NCBI GenBank assembly: GCA_031414535.1
Contig: JANNVQ010000030.1
Coordinates: forward strand, 32,001-96,000
Origin: Gemmatimonas sp.
Lineage (GTDB): Bacteria > Gemmatimonadota > Gemmatimonadetes > Gemmatimonadales > Gemmatimonadaceae
Direction of reading: 5' to 3'
Length of the DNA: 64,000 bases
Each line of letters opens with the position of its first letter. The first letter of the stretch is position 1. The notes beneath the pieces are model-generated. The model was not told the DNA's origin, did no database searches, and saw nothing but the letters and a program-made list of their open reading frames with translations. Positions 10,823-19,694 of this stretch are shown in pieces. The position numbers and the translations under genes were made by a program.

Positions 10823-10850
10823 CGTGCAATAGCTCCGGTCAGTTGGTTCG

Positions 10851-12038
10851 TCAGGTGTTGCGGAGAGACGGAAAGAGCCTGGGATCCTGCAGTGCCGCGT
10901 CCAGTACCAGCGTGGCGGCACCGATGGCGATGCTTTGCGGGCCCAGCGTGCTCGTTCGAATCTCCGTGGAGGCAACCGCGGGGACGAAGGTGCGGCGCAG
11001 CGCAGATGCGCGCAGGGGCAACAGCAGGCGGTCGCCAAGCACCGCGAGGCCACCGCCCAGAATGACGGCGGCGGGGTTTAAGAGGTTGAGCATGCCAGCG
11101 ATGGCCACACCGAGGTGCTGGGCCGCTTCCTGTACCACTTGCAAGGCCAGCACATCATCACGGAGGGCAGCCTGCTCTATTCGCGAGAGCGTGACCTTGC
11201 CCGTGTTCAACTCACTCTGCGGCATGCTACCGAGCAACGCCTCCGCGCGCGCCACGAGTGCGTGTCCGCCCACAAGTGTGGTGAGGCAGCCGCGATTGCC
11301 GCACACGCAGAGTTCGCCACGTGGATCAATGGCCACGTGACCAATCTCGCCTGCGACGCCACTCGCACCGCGCCTAATGGCGCCGCCAATGAAGTGCCCC
11401 GCGCCGATGCCCGTGGCCACCTTGATGAAAGTGAAATCCTGCAGGCCTTGGGCCCCGCCCCACCAATGCTCAGCTAAAGCGCCACAATTGGCGTCGTTAT
11501 CCACCTGCACGGGCACGCGGTACTTGGATAGCAATGACTTAAAGCCGTGTAAGCCCTGCCAAGCAGGGAGCGCCACCGTCGAAACGCGTTCGGGATGGTT
11601 TGGGTCCACGGGGCTGGGGACGGCAACACCGATGCCCACCAGCCGGCGACGTGGAATGCCTGACATCGCCGCGTCGCAGAGATTGGCGATGACCTCGCGT
11701 GTCCCATCTGGGTCTGCTTGGACGGCCTGTTCCTTTCCGAACCAGGCGTGCACGCGCCCGCGCAAATCCACGCGCGCCACCGACACGTGAGACGCGCCCA
11801 TATCCACACCGATGATGTCGAAGGCCTCGTCCTGGAACTCAAGAACGATGGGGCGACGCCCGCCACGCGAGGCGCCTGCACCCGCCTCCGCCACGAGGCC
11901 GGAGGCGAGCAGGGGCTCCACAATCTCAGAGACTGTGGAGCGAGAAAGTCCGAGCCGCTGCGCAATTTCTGCGCGGGAAATGCGATGCTCCGACCAAATC
12001 AGTCGGAGCACCGCATCGGCTAAAGGGCTACGGGGCAT
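10851..12038 (-). CDS. ROK family transcriptional repressor (NagC/XylR-like)
   Basis: N-terminal HTH (SRAEIAQRLGLSRSTVS), GGRRP linker, DNDAN, and GEIGH...CVCGNRGCL Zn motif. Confidence 0.94.
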   Translation of the reverse strand: MPRSPLADAVLRLIWSEHRISRAEIAQRLGLSRSTVSEIVEPLLASGLVAEAGAGASRGGRRPIVLEFQDEAFDIIGVDMGASHVSVARVDLRGRVHAWFGKEQAVQADPDGTREVIANLCDAAMSGIPRRRLVGIGVAVPSPVDPNHPERVSTVALPAWQGLHGFKSLLSKYRVPVQVDNDANCGALAEHWWGGAQGLQDFTFIKVATGIGAGHFIGGAIRRGASGVAGEIGHVAIDPRGELCVCGNRGCLTTLVGGHALVARAEALLGSMPQSELNTGKVTLSRIEQAALRDDVLALQVVQEAAQHLGVAIAGMLNLLNPAAVILGGGLAVLGDRLLLPLRASALRRTFVPAVASTEIRTSTLGPQSIAIGAATLVLDAALQDPRLFPSLRNT

Positions 12039-12050
12039 CGGCGTCGGAGG

Positions 12051-12078
12051 TCCGGGGGACGGTACTCCGTCCCCCGGA
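12051..12078. other. Intercistronic GC-rich stem-loop
   Basis: TCCGGGGGACGG-TACT-CCGTCCCCCGGA forms a perfect 12-bp stem between the 625-aa lipoprotein gene and the ROK gene. Confidence 0.7.
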
Positions 12079-12086
12079 GTCCGTTG

Positions 12087-13964
12087 CTAGCGGTGCAGAA
12101 GAACGTTGTCCACGAAGAGCGTGTTCAACGCGCCTGTACCCACGAAGATGTACTGGGCAAGATTCGCGCGGGTCGTAAGACCCGTAAACTGGGACAACGG
12201 GATGTCGAGCGTAATCCAGCTTCCGGCGGTCACCGCCGGCGTGGAGCTGGCCGAGAAGGTCAATTCATGTTCCACGTCGTCACCGCCGCCGAACGCCGCG
12301 TTGGCACCGAAATCTACCAACTTCACGCGGAAGTCCACGCCGGCCACAATGGCATCGGGCGTCCAGATGTCCATCCGGAAGTGCGTCATCGTGGTCGCGT
12401 TGATCTGGCTCGCCACGGTCTCGACGCCGACAAAGTTCAAGCTCGTGTACTTCTTCACATCATTGCCGGCCACCTGCTCATCGGTGAGCGTGGCGTCGCT
12501 CCAGCCCGTGCGCCAGGTGTCCACCGTACGGTTGGTGTAGGCATTGCTGAACAGCGAGATGACGTCGCCAGCAGCGTAAGTCGGCGTGGGCGCGGCCGTC
12601 GTCGGTGCCGTCGGCGTTGCCACGCGGTAGAAGTACACGTTGTCAATGTAGGTGATCGGGCTCGACCCGACGAGAATCATCTGCGCGACTGCCTGCCGGC
12701 CCGTCATGCCCGCGAAGGCCGAGAGCGGCAGGTCAATGCTGTTCCACGCGCCCGCCGTGATGGCTGGTGAGGACGTGGCATTCAGCACGACCTCGTGCTC
12801 GCTGTCATCGCCGCCACCGAAGGTCCCATTGGCGCCGAAGTTCACGAGCTTCACGCGGAAGTTCGAGTTGCTGTTCACATAGGCATCAATGTGAAAGTGC
12901 GTCATCGTGGTCGCGTTCACCGGAGCGGTGGTGAACTCGACGCCCGCGAATACCAAGTTGGCATAGCGCTTCGTCGCATTGCCGGCGATGGTCACATCCG
13001 TGACATCAGCTTGGTCCCACGAAGCCGACCAGGTATCCACGGTACGGTTCGTGTACGTGTTGCTGAAGAGCGAGATGACGTCCGCCGCCAAGCGCGTCGG
13101 CACCGGCGCGGCCACCGTCGGGGCCGCCACCGCCGTCAGGGCAACCGTGCCAACGGCCGCCGTGCTGCCGAGCGTGGCGGTCACGTTGGTCGTGCCCGCC
13201 GTCAGCACCGTCACGAGGCCGGACGCGTTCACCGACGCCACGGCCGGCGCACTGGAGACGAAGTTGAAGTAGGCGGCGCCGGCGCTCTGGGACTGGTCCA
13301 CGCCACCGACCGCGTAGGTCACGTTCAAACCGCTCAACTGCTGCGTGGCGCCGATTTCCGTCGTGATCGCCGATGCGGTCATCGTCGGGCGCGGGTTCGT
13401 GATGGTGGTGACGGAGTCGTACTGGATGTCATCCAGCCACAGGTCGTAACCGCTGGCGCCCTCGGGGCCTTCCGCAAAGAAAAAGAGCCCGCGCTCGGAG
13501 GTCAGCTTCGAGGCGAGCGGAATCGGAATTGTGTACTTCTGCCACGTGGTTGTGAGCGCGATGTTGTTGCGCTCGGACGTGTAGAGTGAGGTACCCGTGT
13601 TGTCGTTGCCAATACCGGCCACATTGAGCGTGGCGGCCACCGAGGAGCGCGCATAGAAGGTCAGCGCATTGTAAGCCGAGAGGTCACGCGGCGCCGAGGC
13701 CACGAATGCACCGCCCGAGTACGAGCCCGGCGCGGGAATCGTCACCTTGAGCGAAGCCGTGCCGCGGAACTTGACCGTATTGTCGAGGGACACCGCATCG
13801 AGCTTGGACCCAGAGAACGCCTGGAAGTCCGACGCGATGAAGTTGTCAATGAAGACGCGGCCGTCCTTGGGGGTGCCGGCAAGTCCGGTCGGGCCGTCAT
13901 CCCGACAAGCCAGCATTGATACTGAAAGGACGGTCGCAAGCACGAGGGCATGACGCGTACGCAT
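12087..13964 (-). CDS. Multi-domain lipoprotein: CBM-like beta-sandwich, Ig-like (Big_2) domain, and two copies of a ~170-aa glycan-binding-type module
   Basis: Lipobox SMLAC and Ig-like SSAPAVASVNASGLVT. Duplicated DVISLFSNxYTNRTVDTW and FGGGDDxEHE motifs. Confidence 0.8.
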   Translation of the reverse strand: MRTRHALVLATVLSVSMLACRDDGPTGLAGTPKDGRVFIDNFIASDFQAFSGSKLDAVSLDNTVKFRGTASLKVTIPAPGSYSGGAFVASAPRDLSAYNALTFYARSSVAATLNVAGIGNDNTGTSLYTSERNNIALTTTWQKYTIPIPLASKLTSERGLFFFAEGPEGASGYDLWLDDIQYDSVTTITNPRPTMTASAITTEIGATQQLSGLNVTYAVGGVDQSQSAGAAYFNFVSSAPAVASVNASGLVTVLTAGTTNVTATLGSTAAVGTVALTAVAAPTVAAPVPTRLAADVISLFSNTYTNRTVDTWSASWDQADVTDVTIAGNATKRYANLVFAGVEFTTAPVNATTMTHFHIDAYVNSNSNFRVKLVNFGANGTFGGGDDSEHEVVLNATSSPAITAGAWNSIDLPLSAFAGMTGRQAVAQMILVGSSPITYIDNVYFYRVATPTAPTTAAPTPTYAAGDVISLFSNAYTNRTVDTWRTGWSDATLTDEQVAGNDVKKYTSLNFVGVETVASQINATTMTHFRMDIWTPDAIVAGVDFRVKLVDFGANAAFGGGDDVEHELTFSASSTPAVTAGSWITLDIPLSQFTGLTTRANLAQYIFVGTGALNTLFVDNVLLHR

Positions 13965-14019
13965 TCGTTCACTCCGGGTCCGGTGGACCGATTGAGGTCC
14001 GCGCCGGGCGCGGGCCTGT

Positions 14020-14069
14020 CTTTGTTCGACTGCCGAACAAAGTATGTTATATCCTTAGAAGCCTGTCAA
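14020..14069 (-). promoter_or_regulatory. Putative sigma70 promoter with ROK-type operator
   Basis: On the minus strand, TTGACA (14069-14064)-N17-CATACT (14046-14041) overlaps a perfect inverted repeat CTTTGTTCG-ACTGC-CGAACAAAG (14020-14042). Confidence 0.8.
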
Positions 14070-14194
14070 GACAGGCCCCCGAATCCGCCGACGGCGGAGA
14101 CCGGGGAGGACGCCGCGCTACCTCGTCAAACGCTTGGGTGACTTCGTTCGAGTTCCCCTTGTGGCTACCCAACCCTCGAACAGAGACCTAACCG

Positions 14195-15079
14195 ATGCCG
14201 CGATCTACCCGCTTTTTCCCCGCACGCGCCCTCGTGGGACTTTTCTCACTCTCCGTCCTGCTCGCGGCCTGTGAGGGTTCCACTGGACCTAACGGCGACG
14301 CCCAAGAGATCACCTTCGCGAGCCCCGGTACGCAGATTCTTGGTCGCACTACGGCGCCGCTCGCCGGCAGCGCCAGCTCGTTGCTCCCCGTGCAGTTCTC
14401 CTCGACCACGCTGCCCGTGTGCACCGTGTCGGGCAACGTGCTCACACTGGTGGCCGTCGGGACCTGCCGCATCAACGCCGATCAGCCGGGCGACGGCACC
14501 TTCGCTCCGGCCCCCCGAGTCAGCGTCAGCTTCGATGTCATTAGCTGTCCCGCCGTGACCGACGGCTCCGGCGTGCGGGTGAGCTTCGACAACGCGTCCG
14601 TCAGCTACAGCGTGGCCGGTTTCAATGGCGCGGTCGGTGCCACGGCGAGCGACCCGACCAACAACTGCAACGTCGTCGGTTCGGTTCGGCGCACCCCCAC
14701 ATCCCAGTATGATGGCGCCACCTTCGGCACCCTGCCGCCGACGTCCAACCCTACCATCACGGCCATCCCCTTCACCTCCACCACCAACACGCTGACGCTC
14801 CGAGTGTACGTGCCGACGGCCAACACCTTGGTGCACCTAAAAATCGAGAACGCGGCCAACGGCGCCCAGAACTATGAGACTGAAGTGAATGCACCGCTGG
14901 CTAACACCTGGCAGACGCTCACCTTCTCGCTCAACGCGCCGCTCGTGGGTGGGTTGCCCGGCCAAGCCTTCAACATGAGCACCACGTTCAACCGCGTCTC
15001 GGTCTTCTTTGAGTTCGGCGGGGTGCGCGGGGCAACGCCCGCCACTTTCTTCTTTGATGACCTGCGCCTCGTGCCTTAA
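14195..15079 (+). CDS. Lipoprotein with Ig-like and C-terminal CBM-like beta-sandwich domain
   Basis: Lipobox LLAAC. C-terminal NTWQTLTF...FFFDDLRL pattern is typical of galactose-binding-like folds. Confidence 0.7.
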   Translation: MPRSTRFFPARALVGLFSLSVLLAACEGSTGPNGDAQEITFASPGTQILGRTTAPLAGSASSLLPVQFSSTTLPVCTVSGNVLTLVAVGTCRINADQPGDGTFAPAPRVSVSFDVISCPAVTDGSGVRVSFDNASVSYSVAGFNGAVGATASDPTNNCNVVGSVRRTPTSQYDGATFGTLPPTSNPTITAIPFTSTTNTLTLRVYVPTANTLVHLKIENAANGAQNYETEVNAPLANTWQTLTFSLNAPLVGGLPGQAFNMSTTFNRVSVFFEFGGVRGATPATFFFDDLRLVP

Positions 15080-15098
15080 GCGCGATGGCTGGAAAACG

Positions 15099-15138
15099 AA
15101 TCGGGCGGCGAGGTCCCAAAGGACCCCGCCGCCCGATT
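15099..15138. terminator. Probable bidirectional intrinsic terminator
   Basis: AATCGGGCGGCG-A-GGTCC-CAAA-GGACC-C-CGCCGCCCGATT lies between convergent genes with T-rich flanks. Confidence 0.8.
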
Positions 15139-15183
15139 GTTCTTCAGGCAGACGCTAAGCGCCTACCTAAAGAAGACTCCAAC

Positions 15184-16440
15184 TCACGGAATGTTGTCGT
15201 TGTTGTCCGTCTCCGCCAAAGGCAGCGGATAGCAGGTCTGGTTGCCGATTGGGGCAAAGCCCGGCTTGAAGTACGCGGCACCAGCCACCGGCACGCCAGT
15301 CACTGCCGCCGTGTTCCGGCGGAAGTCACCAAGGCGCTGACCCTCGAGGTAGAAGTCGAGGTGCTTCTGGCGCATGAACTCCGACAGCACGCTGGCTGCA
15401 TCAGTAGCGCCGGCGTACGCCGGGCGGCCTGCCGCAGTGCGACGCGTGCCGACGAGTGACAGTTGTGCCGCCGTGCCCTGCGCTTCGGCCGCGATGTAAT
15501 CGGCCTCAAGCTTGGACGCGACGCGAATCGGCGACGTAAACGCCGGGTACTTCTGCTGCACCACGAACGGACCAGAGTTCGGGTCCTGCGCGGCGAGCGA
15601 GTGCTGGCCAGGCAGAAGGTAGGTCACACGCGGATCCGAGACCTGGTACGAAGCCGGCACAGAAATGGAGCCGCGGTCAAACGTGAACTGCCACATACGG
15701 TTGCTCAGGCGCGTGCGGTTGCCCGGATCGTCGAGGTGGTTGAACGAGAAGCTGAAGCCAGCCGGCACGGCCGTCGCATCGGCGATTGCCGCTGCGGTGT
15801 TGCCGCGCTGGAGGTTCGCACGAGCGCGACCCACGCGCGAGACGTTGCCAAGGGTCGTTGCCGTTGCCGTGCCGTTCGCCGTTGCCTTCGTGATGGCCAC
15901 CGTGAAGTTGGCGATCGCCGAGTCGAGCATGGCGTTCGTATTCAGCAGCGGACCGCCGTACACTGTGCCCTCGCAGAACGACTCCGCCATCCGGACGAAA
16001 CCGTAACCAAGCCAAGTGTGCGCGCGCACGAGGTTGATGTTGGTGTCCGGCGTCGGCAGGGCCGGATTCAGGGCCAGCTCGGCGACGAGGTGGTTGCCCG
16101 CCATAGACTGCGACAGCGGGAACCACACTTCGCCGTTGTGCGAGCCGTTGGCCGTGGTGACATCGCGACGCCCGAACTCATTGCGCGTCGGGAAGGTCTC
16201 GGCCACAATGGCCTCGCCCGTGAACCAGGCGCCGTACATGATGGACCAGCCGAGTGCCGACTGGAACGACTGCTGCGCGGAGTTCGCCAGCGTCACTGCG
16301 TCGGTGATCGGGTTCACCGCCGCAGCGTCAATGACGTTGGGCGATTCAACCTCGAGGAAGCCTGAGCAGGCTGCCACCGAGGTGAGGGCGGCCGTCGCGA
16401 GGACGCGAGCCGCCTTTCTCGGAATGTTGGTATAAGTCAT
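15184..16440 (-). CDS. RagB/SusD-like outer membrane lipoprotein
   Basis: Lipobox VAAC and C-terminal DFYLEGQRLGDFRR...YPLPLAETDNN SusD-type motif. Lies directly downstream of a susC-like gene. Confidence 0.88.
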   Translation of the reverse strand: MTYTNIPRKAARVLATAALTSVAACSGFLEVESPNVIDAAAVNPITDAVTLANSAQQSFQSALGWSIMYGAWFTGEAIVAETFPTRNEFGRRDVTTANGSHNGEVWFPLSQSMAGNHLVAELALNPALPTPDTNINLVRAHTWLGYGFVRMAESFCEGTVYGGPLLNTNAMLDSAIANFTVAITKATANGTATATTLGNVSRVGRARANLQRGNTAAAIADATAVPAGFSFSFNHLDDPGNRTRLSNRMWQFTFDRGSISVPASYQVSDPRVTYLLPGQHSLAAQDPNSGPFVVQQKYPAFTSPIRVASKLEADYIAAEAQGTAAQLSLVGTRRTAAGRPAYAGATDAASVLSEFMRQKHLDFYLEGQRLGDFRRNTAAVTGVPVAGAAYFKPGFAPIGNQTCYPLPLAETDNNDNIP

Positions 16441-16447
16441 CAGTTCC

Positions 16448-19400
16448 TCAGAAGGTCAGGTTGAACCGCAGCACAGTCGTGCGCGGATTCGGTTGGGTGA
16501 GGAAGTCGTCGCGCGAGAACTGCGCGCCGGCGGCCGAAATCACTTCAGGGTCCGCACCGGTGAAGTCCTTGTGCGTCCACAGCGCAACGTTCTGCACCGC
16601 AAGGCCAATCGAGGCCGTCTGCGCACCAGGGAGCAGCGACACGAAGCGCGTCGGCACGTCCCAGTTCACACCGAGCTCGCGGAAGCGCACAAAGTCACCC
16701 GGCTGCAGGTAGTGGTCGCGGACTTCGTTCACCGTCGTCGAGGCACCGTTTTCCTGACGGAAAGCCGGCTGGCCTGGGGTCGGGTTGCCGAAGCGCTGCA
16801 GGCGCTCACGGCGCGCCAGAACCGTCGTGTCGAGACGGGCGTTGCTGCGCACCAGCTGCGTTTCACGGAAGAAGTCCGTGAGGTTGTACACGGAGAAGTC
16901 CTGCTTGGTATCGAACTGGGCGTTGATGCGCAGCTGACGGAAGAGCGTCAGCGTAGCGGTCATCGTGCCTTCGAAGGTCGGGAACAGGTTGCCGGCCACC
17001 TCGAAGGTGTCAGCGACCGTCACGATGCCAGTCGTCTCGTCAATGTTGCGGATACGCTTGGACACCCAGGAACCGAGCTGCGCGCCTTCGGTGAAGCGGT
17101 TGAGCGTGCCGAAGGCGTTGATGCCGCCAAGGTCGGTGAGCTCGTTCTTCAGGGTCGCGAAGCCACCGCGGAGGTCAAGCGCCACGTTCTGGCTCTCAAA
17201 TACCGAGGCGTTGACCGTGACTTCGAAGCCCGCGTTACGCACGCCGCCGATGTTGACCTGCGGATTCTGCGTGAAGCCAAGCGACGGGGGCAGCGGACGG
17301 CTGAGGATCAGGTCGTTCGTGGTCTTGTCGAAGTACGTGAGTTCAAGACCCACGCGCTCGTTGAAGAGACCGATGTCGAATCCAACTTCGACTTCCGTGC
17401 CGCGCTCCGGCTTGAGGTCAGCGTTACCCGGGTTGGCCGGGACTGCGCCCGCTTCGTTCGTCGTGCCGGCAATGCTCGGCGCTGCAGCGAGGGTTGTGAG
17501 GGCCGCGCCAGCGCCCGGTGCACGACCGGTGGTGCCGTAGGCTGCGCGGGCGCGCAGCGAGCTCACGGAGCTGGCTAGGAAGCCACCCCAGAAGCCTTCT
17601 TCAGAAATCACCCACGAGCCGCCGATCTTCGGCAGGATCGCCGGATCTACCTGGGAACCGAACACCGAGAACTCGTCCACGCGCACGCCGACCGTGAGGA
17701 AGCGGCGGTTGAGCTGGCCGAGCTGCGACTGCGCGATCCAGCCGCGCTGGCGCACTTCCGTCAGCTGACCGGTCGCCGAGGTCTGCGACGCCGCCGAGAT
17801 CACATTGTTGCTGTTGACCACGAAGCCCGTACCAGTGGCGCTCACGAACTCGGAGCGGGTCTGGATCATCTGCAGGCCGAGCGTGGTGTTGAGTTCAAAC
17901 TGGTTGTCGGCGCCGAACTGGTTGCGGGCGTTGGCCTGGTAATCGACCGTGTAGCGCTCGCTGCTGGTGCGCGACTGCGTGTTGGAGCCGGTGTTGAGCA
18001 GGCCGGCGTACGAGTTGATCGGGTTCTTCGGGAAGAAGACCGTCGCTTCATCAAACAGGAGGTCGCCGCCCACCACGAGCTTGTGCGTCAACCAGGAGTT
18101 CGGAACGAAGCTGACCGTCACACCTGCCGTGGTGCCGCGCGAGAACAGGCCCGTCTCGATGGCCTCGATGGCCGAGAGCTGACGGTTGGCACCGAACCAG
18201 CCGTTGGCGCCGGTGTTGTCATCGGTGCGCGTTAGCGGCGTGCCGAGGAGGCCGCCGCCGAGGAAGCCGTAAATGTTGTTGTCGTTCTGCGGTGCGTTCA
18301 GGCTGGACTGCTGCACGCCCAACGACGCATTCACGGTGACCTTGGAGCTGGGCACAAAGTTGAAGTTCGTGCGGATGCCCTTACGGCCGAACGAGTTGTT
18401 CGGGAGGGTGCCGTTCTGCAGGTCGTTGTTGACCGAGAAGAAGTAGCCGTAGCCCTGGCCGCCGCCGTTCGCGGAGTAGGACAGGTTGCCCACCGAGCCG
18501 GTGCGGAACGCGCCCGAGCGCACGAGCGGGTTGTCCGAGACCAGCGTGGTCGTGGTCTGGCCACGGCACAGCGGGTTGGTGCTGGTCGGAAGAATCGACG
18601 CCGCAGAGCAGAAGGCGTAGTTCGTTGGCGGGGTCCAATTCTGGTCCGACGTGCCCGCCTCGAGCGTGATGCTCTGATTGAAGCGCTGGGCGCCGGCGCG
18701 GCCGGACTTGGTGATGATCTGAATCACGCCCGCAGAAGCGTCGGCGCCGTACAGCGTGGCGGCGGCGGGGCCCTTCACGACTTCGATGGACTCGATGTCG
18801 TCGGGGTTGATGTTGTTCAGACGGTCAGCGCTCTGGCCGCCGGCGCCGAGGCCCGGCTGGCCTTCGTTGACGCGGATGCCGTCAATGAAGATGAGCGGCT
18901 GATTGGAGAGGTTGACCGACGCTGCGCCGCGGATGTTGATGCGACGGGAGGTGCCAGCCGTGCCCGAGGCGGAGTTCACCGAGACGCTCGGCACGCGGGA
19001 CTGCAGCAACTGGCTGAATGACTGCGCCGGGGAAGACTTGGCGATGTCGCTGACATCAACGCTCGTGACCACGGCGGCCTGCGCGCGCCGCTCCTGGTTA
19101 CCCGCGGTGCCCGTCACGACCACGTCGGACAGCTGCACGCGCGAGACGTTCAGAGCGAAGTTCACGGTGGACGTCTGCCCTGCCGTCACACGTACGGTGT
19201 CCGTAGAGGACTGGTAGCCGATCTTGTAGATCGTCACATTGGCCGGACCTGCCGGCGCCTGCGTGATACGGTATTCACCCTGCGCATTCGAGAAGACCGC
19301 GATGGCCGTGCCAACGACAATGACACGGGCTTCTGCGAGGGGTCGACCGGTACCGCGATCCGTCACCTTCCCGGTGATTACGCCTGTGGCGACCTGCGCG

Positions 19401-19471
19401 CCAAGAGCGGTCACACCAGCCGTGGCCAGCAATACTACGCCGACACAGGCTTGGGCGAGCCTTCTAAACAT
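16448..19471 (-). CDS. SusC/RagA-like TonB-dependent outer membrane transporter
   Basis: N-terminal carboxypeptidase-regulatory-like domain, VVVTG, DIESIEVVKGPAAATLYG plug motif, GNADLKPE and terminal Phe. Confidence 0.95.
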   Translation of the reverse strand: MFRRLAQACVGVVLLATAGVTALGAQVATGVITGKVTDRGTGRPLAEARVIVVGTAIAVFSNAQGEYRITQAPAGPANVTIYKIGYQSSTDTVRVTAGQTSTVNFALNVSRVQLSDVVVTGTAGNQERRAQAAVVTSVDVSDIAKSSPAQSFSQLLQSRVPSVSVNSASGTAGTSRRINIRGAASVNLSNQPLIFIDGIRVNEGQPGLGAGGQSADRLNNINPDDIESIEVVKGPAAATLYGADASAGVIQIITKSGRAGAQRFNQSITLEAGTSDQNWTPPTNYAFCSAASILPTSTNPLCRGQTTTTLVSDNPLVRSGAFRTGSVGNLSYSANGGGQGYGYFFSVNNDLQNGTLPNNSFGRKGIRTNFNFVPSSKVTVNASLGVQQSSLNAPQNDNNIYGFLGGGLLGTPLTRTDDNTGANGWFGANRQLSAIEAIETGLFSRGTTAGVTVSFVPNSWLTHKLVVGGDLLFDEATVFFPKNPINSYAGLLNTGSNTQSRTSSERYTVDYQANARNQFGADNQFELNTTLGLQMIQTRSEFVSATGTGFVVNSNNVISAASQTSATGQLTEVRQRGWIAQSQLGQLNRRFLTVGVRVDEFSVFGSQVDPAILPKIGGSWVISEEGFWGGFLASSVSSLRARAAYGTTGRAPGAGAALTTLAAAPSIAGTTNEAGAVPANPGNADLKPERGTEVEVGFDIGLFNERVGLELTYFDKTTNDLILSRPLPPSLGFTQNPQVNIGGVRNAGFEVTVNASVFESQNVALDLRGGFATLKNELTDLGGINAFGTLNRFTEGAQLGSWVSKRIRNIDETTGIVTVADTFEVAGNLFPTFEGTMTATLTLFRQLRINAQFDTKQDFSVYNLTDFFRETQLVRSNARLDTTVLARRERLQRFGNPTPGQPAFRQENGASTTVNEVRDHYLQPGDFVRFRELGVNWDVPTRFVSLLPGAQTASIGLAVQNVALWTHKDFTGADPEVISAAGAQFSRDDFLTQPNPRTTVLRFNLTF

Positions 19472-19694
19472 CAGGAAATCTCCTAAATGTGGTGGGGCAG
19501 GTCATGTGACCTGTGCTACAAGTACTGCGGTTACTCTATCGTTACTCCACCTGTAGAGCAACCCGTCACAACGTATTTGCTTTTAGGGCCCGATTCTGCT
19601 AGCGAATATTTACCGAACAGAGTCTTAAGGCACCATTAAGCCCTCGTTTAGATATTCATTTGCTTTTTTCGCGCCGGAACATAGGCTCAACTGA

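Noticed and set aside
14142..19622. ROK operator half-site look-alikes at 14142, 14177 and 19614
   Set aside because: None has a partner arm at the 5-bp spacing seen in the two full sites.
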